The notes beneath the pieces were generated by a model. It saw nothing but the letters and a program-made list of their open reading frames with translations. It was not told the origin of the DNA and did not search any database. A stretch of 64,000 nucleotides of DNA from Bacteroidaceae bacterium (GTDB lineage Bacteria; Bacteroidota; Bacteroidia; Bacteroidales; Bacteroidaceae): contig JAFUYT010000026.1 in assembly GCA_017470425.1 (NCBI GenBank), positions 54,291-118,290 of the forward strand, read 5' to 3'. Made by a program: the position numbers and the translations under genes. Positions 29,809 to 38,200 of this stretch are shown here, in pieces; position 1 is the stretch's first letter; the number at the start of each line of letters is the position of its first letter.

Positions 29809-30258
29809 ATGAGCAGGAAAGAAGCATTAAAACTGTTTGAAGACAGGAAAGTCCGCGTCGCCTGGGACGACGAACTGGAGAAATGGTATTTCTCCATCGT
29901 GGATGTATGTGGTATTCTTACTGAAAGTAAAGATGCCCTAACCGCTCGTAAGTATTGGAATAAACTGAAGCAGAGACTGAAAGAGGAAGGAAATGAAACG
30001 GTGACAAATTGTCACCAGTTGAAACTTCATGCCGCCGATGGTAAGATGCGTCTCACGGATGTCGCAGACACCGAGCAACTCTTCCGCATCATGACCAATG
30101 TGGAACTCCTGTTAAACTCGCTCGCCGAGGCCTCTGCTACTGAAATCTCCAAGCAAGAGAATCCCAAAGGATTCACTCGTAATGCCGACGTGGCTAAGCG
30201 TGGTGGCCAGGTGGCAAAAGCTGCCCGCAATCAGTTGGAGACTCAACTTGGCCATTAA
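29809..30258 (+). CDS. Bro-N / DinD-like DNA-binding protein, apparently internally shortened
   Basis: N-terminal KVRVAWDDELEKWYFSIVDVCGILTES...KYWNKLKQRLKEEGNETVTNCHQLKLHAADGKMRLTDVADTEQL is typical of Bro-N/DinD-like proteins. The C-terminal tail (LNSLAEASATEISK...AKRGGQVAKAARNQLE) follows directly without the usual middle region. The start at 29809 is preferred over 29707. Confidence 0.5.
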   Translation: MSRKEALKLFEDRKVRVAWDDELEKWYFSIVDVCGILTESKDALTARKYWNKLKQRLKEEGNETVTNCHQLKLHAADGKMRLTDVADTEQLFRIMTNVELLLNSLAEASATEISKQENPKGFTRNADVAKRGGQVAKAARNQLETQLGH

Positions 30259-30307
30259 GCACAGACGATTAATTAATATGAATAACAAATATCAATTTTA
30301 CACAGTT

Positions 30308-32242
30308 ATGAAAAAGAAACATTTTATTCTTGCAGCTACCGCCATCGCCCTGATGGCCAGCTGCGCCGACGAGAGCTACGTCGGCGACCAGAATGCACTC
30401 GACGCCGCTAATGGCGAAAAAGCCATCAGCTTCGGCTTCGATGTGCCGGCTGCTACGCGTGCTGATAACGTAGGTGCCGACGCCGCCAGTGCGCTGGGCA
30501 ATTATTTCATTGTTTATGGTGAGAAAAAAGAGACTGCACAGACAAAGTACGAAGATGGTAATCTCGTTTTCCCAAACTACACGGTACATTATGGAACCAA
30601 CACTGCATACACCACTACCAGCAACACCAAGGACTGGGAGTATGTGGGTGAGACACCCATCTCAACTACCAATGTGAAGATGAATGACGGCAGCTCAGAT
30701 GAAACGGCTCCTTCAGAACAGACCATCAAGTATTGGGACTATGCAGCTGCCACCTATACCTTCACTGCTGTGTCAGCTCTAAAGGAGGATATAGAGAATG
30801 GACGCGTTGTGATACAGAAGAATACCGTTGGTGCTGATAACGTTTATCAGAAGGGTTATACCATCACTTTGGCTAAGACAGGTAGTGACCCTTATACTTA
30901 TCCGGTCCTTAATAAGCTGTATTTTGCAGACCGTAAGGTGATTTCCCAAAGTGCAGGCACCGACCGCAATGCTTCCGATGCCTATGGTGGCAACGTGACC
31001 CTTCGTTTCCGCAATCTCGTATCACAGATTCGTGCTGGATTATATGAGACTATTCCCGGTTATGACATCACTGAGATCAAGTTCTATGTAACAGGAGATA
31101 GTGAAGCTCAAGTAAGCAGTACATCTGCTTTCGGCGCTATCTGTCCCAACACCAAGACATCCAACTATGAAGGTACTATCACAGTTAATTACTACACAAA
31201 CTCCGATGGTTCTCTTGAGAATCAACCGAAGGTGACTCATTCTGTATCTCCAGCCGCAGACCTGATTCTGGGCACCAACTTAAGCACAATATCCACATCG
31301 TCTGTATTGGGCAAATCCGCTTCATCCCCGACCTGGGAAACCAGTGGCGGCACTTTCACAGAAGTTCTGCCTCAGATAGAGAACAACACAAATCTTAAGC
31401 TAAAAGCTAATTATAAGTTGTATAACAGTGTAACTCACGAAACCATCAACGTCACCGGCGCCACCGCCGAGATTCCTGCTGAGTACCTCAAGTGGAAGCC
31501 CAACTACAAGTACACGTACCTCTTTAAGATCAGTGACAATACTAACGGCTCTACTGGGCAGGACGTTACGGGTCTCTATCCCATCACCTTCGACGCTGTC
31601 GAAGTGGTCGCTGAGGACGGCGTGGCAGAGTACATCACCACGGTTAGCGAGCCCAGCATCACAACGTTTGGTGTAAAGGATAGCAAGTATGTGACAGGCA
31701 GTAGTGACTATCCTGCAAGCACAGATGTCTATGCGACAGTAGAGGATGCAAGCAGTATGCCTACGCTTTCAGCTTCTAACATGCAACTCTATACAGTCAC
31801 CACCTCCGACGCTACCAACTTCCCCATCACGGAGGCATCTGTGGCCGAAGCGCTCATAGAAGGCCCGACATGGACTAAGGCTCAGACGGACAACAAGAAA
31901 ATCACATGCACTGTAAGTTCGTTTACTTACCAGAACTCAGTTCCTGCAGAGGATGGTACAACCAAGACGCTCCATGCAACAGAGGATAAAGCTGCCAAGT
32001 TCACGACAGCAGCCTCCACGACCTACGCCATCGTCTATCAGAAGACAGCGGCAACATATACAACGGATGGTGGTAAGAACGACTACACTAGCGAGAGTTT
32101 CACCGCTGCAGGAATGCTTTATACTGATGCCGAATGCACTTCCGTTGCTGCCTCTTGGACAGATGGCATAACATACTACAAGCGCACTGCTGTCAGCAAT
32201 AAGGGCGTGTATGCTATCAAGATAGTGACAGTCGCCCCCTAA
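30308..32242 (+). CDS. Large fimbrillin-like (type V pilin) lipoprotein, paralog B
   Basis: MKKKHFILAATAIALMASC lipobox (Cys19), TRAD at Arg51, WKPNYKYTYLFKISDNTNG..GLYPITFDAVEV, and a C-terminal GVYAIKIVTVAP. The start is moved from 30182 to 30308. Confidence 0.65.
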   Translation: MKKKHFILAATAIALMASCADESYVGDQNALDAANGEKAISFGFDVPAATRADNVGADAASALGNYFIVYGEKKETAQTKYEDGNLVFPNYTVHYGTNTAYTTTSNTKDWEYVGETPISTTNVKMNDGSSDETAPSEQTIKYWDYAAATYTFTAVSALKEDIENGRVVIQKNTVGADNVYQKGYTITLAKTGSDPYTYPVLNKLYFADRKVISQSAGTDRNASDAYGGNVTLRFRNLVSQIRAGLYETIPGYDITEIKFYVTGDSEAQVSSTSAFGAICPNTKTSNYEGTITVNYYTNSDGSLENQPKVTHSVSPAADLILGTNLSTISTSSVLGKSASSPTWETSGGTFTEVLPQIENNTNLKLKANYKLYNSVTHETINVTGATAEIPAEYLKWKPNYKYTYLFKISDNTNGSTGQDVTGLYPITFDAVEVVAEDGVAEYITTVSEPSITTFGVKDSKYVTGSSDYPASTDVYATVEDASSMPTLSASNMQLYTVTTSDATNFPITEASVAEALIEGPTWTKAQTDNKKITCTVSSFTYQNSVPAEDGTTKTLHATEDKAAKFTTAASTTYAIVYQKTAATYTTDGGKNDYTSESFTAAGMLYTDAECTSVAASWTDGITYYKRTAVSNKGVYAIKIVTVAP

Positions 32243-32253
32243 CACCCAGCTCT

Positions 32254-32287
32254 CACCCCGCCAGAGAGCGCGCTCTTTGGCGGGGTG
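32254..32287 (+). terminator. GC-rich hairpin after pilin paralog B (possible partial terminator)
   Basis: CACCCCGCCAGAGAGCG / CGCTCTTTGGCGGGGTG arms with one mismatch and no clear U-tract. Confidence 0.4.
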
Positions 32288-32345
32288 GGGTCAATGGGGC
32301 CAGAAGCCCTAAGAAAGAAATAAGAAACATTAAACTGAGCAGACA

Positions 32346-33575
32346 ATGACAACACTGCAAGGATTCCTTCAGAAGAAAGGTAACTATCAGAATCTCGCCG
32401 TCTATAGGAAGGTGGAGGTGATCTATGGTATTGCCTGTCTGATGGTCTCCTTGCTGATGGTCTCCTTGCTGCTCGCTGCCTGCTCTTCCACGGAGGAGCC
32501 TGTGCCTGCCCCGACGCCTGAGCCGGTGCCGGAGGTGGTGGCGGAGACGCCCATCACCTTCAGCGGACAGGAGAGCGAGGAACAGGTGGTGACGAGGGCT
32601 CGGGGAGCACGGGGCGATGGCGCCATGACCCGTGCCGCCACGCCGCTGAGCGAGTCGGCAACATCTTTCCAAGTGTGGGGCTATAAGGACATGACGTTCG
32701 AGGACGGTGTCTATGGCGGCAACCAGACGGTATTCCCGGGCTACGACGTCAAATGGCAGACGGGCAGCGCCGCCACCACGACTACGAACAGCAGCGGCTG
32801 GGAGTATATCCTGCTCTCGAACCCCGAGCAGACCATCAAGTACTGGGACTGGAGCGCTGCGGCGTACCGCTTCTTCGCGGTGACGGGCTACACCTCCCAT
32901 GAGGCCCATGAGCCCAATGGACCCCATGAGTTCAGCATCGTGGCCGATGTCACCGACATGGCTGCCACGCCGTTCTTCACGAACCTGTGGTTCTCGACGG
33001 GTGATCCGGTGCTCTACGCTGACCGACAGTTCGGCAAGCCGGTGACGCTGGTGTTCCTGAAGCCTTACGCGCGCGTGCGGTTCCTATTTAAATATGTGTT
33101 CCCGCGCGAGGGCATCCTCTTGGAGAACAAATGCTTCAAGCCGACAGCCGACTACATGGCGGCTGAGGTGGATAAGGTGAAGATCGCCACTGCCGGCACA
33201 TTCACCGTCTCCTACCCCCTGACGGGGGCGGCAACGCGCGAGTCGTTCACGGTCACGGACATCACTGCCCGGCTGGAACAGTTCCGTGAGGACGCCGACC
33301 CCGACGACGACAGTAAGATCTACACCGAGACCACCGACGGGTGGTACATGGTGCTACCGAACAACACCCAGGGCAGCTTCACGCTGTCCGTGGATGTCAA
33401 CAAGACGACCAGGACCTGCGTGGTGCCTGCCGAATACATGCAGTGGCTGCCCGGCTACGGCTACACCTACATCTTCAAGATCACCGAGGAAGGTGGCGTG
33501 GAGATTGAACTGGTGGAGTCGGCGGTAACGCCCTGGCAGGAGATGGAAGGTAACCGCACAGTATATAATTGGTAA
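32346..33575 (+). CDS. Fimbrillin-like lipoprotein C
   Basis: Lipobox LLLAACSS, VVTRA/MTRA Arg sites, and the pilin-core motif WLPGYGYTYIFKITEEG. The N-terminal start is uncertain. A 15-bp tandem duplication lies in the signal region. Confidence 0.55.
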   Translation: MTTLQGFLQKKGNYQNLAVYRKVEVIYGIACLMVSLLMVSLLLAACSSTEEPVPAPTPEPVPEVVAETPITFSGQESEEQVVTRARGARGDGAMTRAATPLSESATSFQVWGYKDMTFEDGVYGGNQTVFPGYDVKWQTGSAATTTTNSSGWEYILLSNPEQTIKYWDWSAAAYRFFAVTGYTSHEAHEPNGPHEFSIVADVTDMAATPFFTNLWFSTGDPVLYADRQFGKPVTLVFLKPYARVRFLFKYVFPREGILLENKCFKPTADYMAAEVDKVKIATAGTFTVSYPLTGAATRESFTVTDITARLEQFREDADPDDDSKIYTETTDGWYMVLPNNTQGSFTLSVDVNKTTRTCVVPAEYMQWLPGYGYTYIFKITEEGGVEIELVESAVTPWQEMEGNRTVYNW

Positions 33576-33580
33576 ATGGT

Positions 33581-33646
33581 AAATTGAAAGAGATAAGGAC
33601 CATAGAGAGAGGAAGGAGACCCGGCCTGACGGCCGGGGCACTGCGG
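33581..33646 (+). repeat. 66-bp intergenic element, copy A (AAATTGAAAGAGATAAGGA...GACCCGGCCTGACGGCCGGGGCACTGCGG)
   Basis: Near-identical to 35062-35127. It contains the hairpin CCCGGCC-TGAC-GGCCGGG and is followed by 18-bp-type GC-rich tandem repeats (GGCCGGGGCGCTGSGGTT). Confidence 0.85.
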
Positions 33647-33700
33647 TTGGCCGGGGCGCTGCGGCTGGGCGGGGTGCTGCGGTTGGCCGGGGCGCTGGGG

Positions 33701-35002
33701 TTGGCCGGGGCGCTGGGGCGCAAGGCGACCAGGGTCCTGGGGCTCTTGGGGCTGATAGGGCTCGTGGGGCTCGTGGGGTGCTCTGCTGAGGTGGAGGAGC
33801 CGGTGACGGCGGAGGACACACAGGGGATGCCTGTGGAGGTCCGGAGCTCCGTGACCGCCTTCGAGGAGGTGGTCAGGGGGGCGGCGGCTGCGAAGGCGGA
33901 TGGGACCTGGCCTGACGGCCAGGGCACTGCGGCGGGACAGGGCACTGCGGCGGGACAGGGCACTGGGGCGGCTGGGGCTGCGGTGACACGGGCTTGGTTG
34001 CCGCCCAGCGGGTACTCGCTCTATGATGGCGCGGACAGCAAGACGATAGGCGTGCGCTTCACGCAGAACGGGGAAGAGCCGTTGCAGGGCTACTTCTTCA
34101 AGAGCAGCGGGCAGTGGCGCGTGAGTCTGCTGGAGGGCGCTGAACTGGCGGCTGAGACGTACTACCTCTATGGCTATATCCCCCACACTACGGGTATGTC
34201 GAGCGAGATCTCCTCGACGGTGACGCCCGGCGACAACAGCGCCTACAGCAGCAAGGCCGTGATGAAGCTCAAGAACGTGCCGACCGTCATGCCCTCGGAC
34301 CTCTGCGTGGTCATCGGGGCCAAGAACGGCAGAACGGACTACCGTGAAGCCTCCGACTACAGCGTCACGGGGCTGACGCGCGGAAACTTCGAGTATGTGG
34401 CCACTGCCACCTCGGGCGAGGGCACTGGCAACTATGTCTATATGCTCTTCGACCACCTCTACTCAGCGCTGCGCATCCAGATGAAGGTGCACTCCGAATA
34501 CACGGCGCTGCGCACCATCAAGCTGAAAGAGCTTCGTCTGCAGACCGCCACCGACGACGGCGCTGCAAAGGCGAAAACAGATATCACCGTCGCGCTGGCC
34601 GCCAACGGCACCGGCAGCGACCCCATCACCAGCGTCACCTTCACACCCGACGCGACAAGCGGCGACAGCGACGGCGTGGTCTTCACGTCGGGTGCAGGCC
34701 AGACGCTGACGACCGACTACAGCACGTTCCAGAGCCACTTCATGCCTCACGGCGTGACGAAGCTGCTGCTGACGAGCACCTACGACGTCTATGACAATAA
34801 CCGGACGCCAGAACACCCCGACGGCAATCTCGTCCGTCAGGACTGCCAAGCAACTAACGCCCTCGAGATCAGCAAGCTGTTTGACCGACAGACAGAAGCG
34901 AGACGGGGCTTCAGATATACCATTAACATCACCATCCGCCCGACATACCTCTATATGTTGTCGGAGCCGGATCTGAACAATCCGACGATGGAGGTGGAGT
35001 GA
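33701..35002 (+). CDS. Fimbrillin-like accessory lipoprotein D (start uncertain)
   Basis: No in-frame ATG lies before the lipobox. The TTG at 33701 gives (M)AGALGRKATRVLGLLGLIGLVGLVGCS. The track ORF starts at the TTG at 33569 inside the repeat element. The C-terminal motif RGFRYTINITIRP is reminiscent of a pilin core. Confidence 0.45.
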   Translation: MAGALGRKATRVLGLLGLIGLVGLVGCSAEVEEPVTAEDTQGMPVEVRSSVTAFEEVVRGAAAAKADGTWPDGQGTAAGQGTAAGQGTGAAGAAVTRAWLPPSGYSLYDGADSKTIGVRFTQNGEEPLQGYFFKSSGQWRVSLLEGAELAAETYYLYGYIPHTTGMSSEISSTVTPGDNSAYSSKAVMKLKNVPTVMPSDLCVVIGAKNGRTDYREASDYSVTGLTRGNFEYVATATSGEGTGNYVYMLFDHLYSALRIQMKVHSEYTALRTIKLKELRLQTATDDGAAKAKTDITVALAANGTGSDPITSVTFTPDATSGDSDGVVFTSGAGQTLTTDYSTFQSHFMPHGVTKLLLTSTYDVYDNNRTPEHPDGNLVRQDCQATNALEISKLFDRQTEARRGFRYTINITIRPTYLYMLSEPDLNNPTMEVE

Positions 35003-35061
35003 GACTGCACCCCCTCCCGGCCTCCCCAAGGGGAGGAGAGAGGAAGGTAAAAAGGAAAAGG

Positions 35062-35127
35062 AAATTGAAAGAGATAAGGAACATAGGTAAAGGAAGGAGA
35101 CCCGGCCTGACGGCCGGGGCACTGCGG
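35062..35127 (+). repeat. 66-bp intergenic element, copy B
   Basis: Matches 33581-33646 except for about 4 positions. It lies between the stop of gene D and the start of giant gene 1. Confidence 0.85.
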
Positions 35128-35230
35128 CGCGGGGCTGCAAAGATGACCAAGGCGGCCGGGGCTGCTAAGGCGGCCGGGGCACTGCGGCGCGGGGCTGCAA
35201 AGATGACCAAGGCGGCTGGGCTGTGGGGGC
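35111..35230 (+). repeat. 60-bp direct duplication that includes the giant-gene start codon
   Basis: CGGCCGGGGCACTGCGGCGCGGGGCTGCAAAGATGACCAAGGCGG occurs at 35111-35155 and 35171-35215. This gives two in-frame ATGs (35143 and 35203). Confidence 0.9.
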
Positions 35231-38200
35231 TGTTGTGGCTGTTGCTGCTGTGGCCGCTGGGATTGGCTGCGCAGATCAAGGTGGGTGGCAGCATTTACGG
35301 CGGTGGTAACATGGGCCAGGTGCACGGCAGCACGACCGTGACCGTGAAGGAAGGTGACCTGAACAAGGTGTTCGGCGGTGCGCGCATGGCCAACGTGGGC
35401 GGCAATGCCTACGTGAACATCGACGGCGCCCACGCCACCGGCTACACCGTCATCAACTATGTCTTCGGCGGTAACGACATCGCCGGCAACATCGGCACAG
35501 CCGAGGCTGTGGGCGAGGCTCTGCCCGCAGAACTCGAGGGCAACGCCGACGGCGTGGATAACACCTGGAACACCTATGTCCACCTCTCTTCTAAGATGAC
35601 GGATGCCGTCCCCGCCACCCTCGCCTCCGACAACCAGAAGACCTACATCGGTCAGCTCTATGCCGGCGGCAATGGTGATTACTTCTACGACTCCTCGACC
35701 GCGGACGGGAAGACCACACACTACATCTACACGAAAGATCCCCTCGAAGGCGGCACGCTTCTGGAGACCATCGTCACCGACGAGGGTGATGTGGGCTTCC
35801 AGACACCTCACTTATCCAAAGCCTACCTCGACATGCAGGGCGGCTCCATCGTGTATGCCTACGGCGGCGGCAACAAAGCCACTGTGACGGAGAAGACCGT
35901 CATCCACGTGGATAACCCCAGCGAGGTCGTGAACCACCTCTTTGTCGATGAGAACGGTGTGGAGGCTGCGTCGTCGGTCTATGACGATTATGAGACTTCA
36001 GAGCCCAAGACCCTCGCCGCCGGCTACACAGAACTGCTGACCAACACCCGCTTCAAGGAGGGCATGGGCATCAACCTCGGTTTCTCGCGACCGAGCAGCG
36101 GTGACTTCCAGGTGGGCCGTCTCTTCGGTGGTAACAACCTTGAGGAAATGGCTATCCGTCCGACGTGGAACCTGCAGAGCGGCAAGATCCGTAACCTATA
36201 CAGCGGTGGCAACAAGGGTGCGATGACATCTCCCGAGGGCCTGCTGCTGGAGATCCCAGCCACTTCTTCCATCGTCGTGGATAACCTTTTTGGCGGCTGC
36301 CGTATGGCCGACGTGCGACCGTCGGTGAACGGCGTCTATACGCCGACCGTGAACCTGCCCGGCTACTACTTCCCGAATGAGCTGTCTGCGCGCGTGCTCG
36401 TGCGCGGGGGCGATATTAATAATGTATATGGCGGTAACGACGTGACGGGCCAGGTCTATGGCGGCAACGCCGTCGGCGTCTATGCCACCATCCGTGGCGA
36501 CATCTACGGCGGTGGCAACGGCGACTACCCCTACACCGACAATGAAGACCTCCGGGAGAGTAGCATCTATGGTGACCTCTACTATTCCACGAGCGGCTAC
36601 ACCACGTCCTACGACGCGCTGAACGCCTTCCGTCCCAACGCCGAGCAGGTGTCCATCCGTGTGGCGGGCGAGACCCGTCCGACCATCATCAAGGGTAGTA
36701 TCTACCTGGGTGGTAACTGCGCGTCGCTGGCCACGCACAAGGAGAATCCGATGGTGGAACTGAAGATCGGTTCCAACGTGCTTGCCGACAATGTCTATCT
36801 GGGCAACAACGGCGCAGGCATGGTCGATAAGGACTTCCTGAAGCTCTATGCCGGCTACGTGGATGAGAATGATGAGTACAACGCCAGCGAGGGCACGAAG
36901 TTCAGCAGCCTGAACCTGCGCGGCAGCTCCGAGTTTGCCGAGTACATGGAGGGCGTGGCGATGAACCTGATGCCCGCCGTGGTCTTCGACAACACCGCCA
37001 ACGGCGACCCCGCCACCTATACGCCGAACTCGAGCTACATCGGCTCCTTCTTCTGCGGCGGTAACGTGGGCAGCATGGCCGTCGAGGGCAAGGAGACCTT
37101 CACCTTCGACGAGCAGTTGAATATCTTCAATAAACTTGTCGGCGGATGCAACAATGCCAACGTGGCGGCGAGCGAGTGGAACGCGGCCTACGAGGGCGGC
37201 GTCCTCGGCAGCAAGGCCGAGCGCGCCAGCTACACCGAGGGCGGCAAGATCAAGGATCGTCTGGAAATCAATCTGGAGAAGCTGACTATCACGCCGCTGC
37301 GCTGGAACGAGGAAATGACCTATCCCGTCTGGAATACCAACAAATTCGTCACCTACCAAGCCGTGGAGAACGGCACGACCCTGACAGCAGGCGAGACCTA
37401 TTATACCTCTGACAGTGGCGCAGGCGAGTTCACGGCCGTGGGCAGTGAAGTCGCCGACGGCACAAACTATTATGAGTTCATCAATGACTTCGTGCAGGTT
37501 TCCAGCAGTGCTGTCGATAAGGATGCGCGCCTGCTCGACGGCAACGTGTATGGCGGCTGCTACAACAGCGGCCACGTGAACGGTAATGTCATCATCAACA
37601 TCAACGAAGATTTGTTGAAGAAGGACGAAATCTTCGGCACGGGCATCAGTGATTTCTACGGCAGGGCAAAGTCGGGCGTAGATTTCGAGGGGCAGCGCGA
37701 CGACCTGATGGCCGTGGCCCTCGCCGTCTTCGGCGGCGGCTATGGTGCGGACACCGAGATCTGGGGCAGCACGACCGTGAACCACAACAAGGGCTACGCC
37801 TTCCAAATCTATGGCGGCGGCGAGGAAGGAGTCGTGGGCCGGAAGGTCGCCCACACCGATGACCACGGTGAGGTCACGCAGGAGTATGAGTTCAACCCTG
37901 CCTACAGCAGCACCGTGAACCTCAACGGCACCACGCCTGTCTATTCCTCCGACGGCACCGTCGAAGGTCTTGCCGAGACCGAGTATATCTACGGCGGCGG
38001 CAACGAGGGCGATGTCTGCGGCAACACCCTCGTCAACCTGGGTAACGGCCGCATCTTCGATGCCTTCGGCGGCGCCAGCGATGCCGACGTCCTCGGTCAC
38101 ACCGAGGTCTATATCGGTCGCCAGCCCAAGGGCGACGGCACCTACAAGGCCGGCTTCCCGTGGGTGCGTGACATCGTCTATGGCGGTAATGACTTCGGCG

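Noticed and set aside
33569-33700. N-terminal 44 codons of the track ORF 33569..35002 (MVNGKLKEIRTIERGRRPGLTAGALRLAGALRL...).
   Set aside because: They are encoded by the shared 66-bp intergenic element plus GC-rich tandem repeats, and start at a TTG overlapping the previous gene. They are more likely non-coding, with initiation nearer the lipobox. The true start remains unresolved.
32253-35811. Minus-strand ORFs (224, 155, 329, 160, 225, 121 and 286 aa) across pilin genes C and D and the start of giant gene 1.
   Set aside because: They are Pro/Arg/Ala/Gly-rich translations of the GC-rich repeats and antisense coding sequence. They have no motifs and conflict with lipoprotein genes on the + strand.
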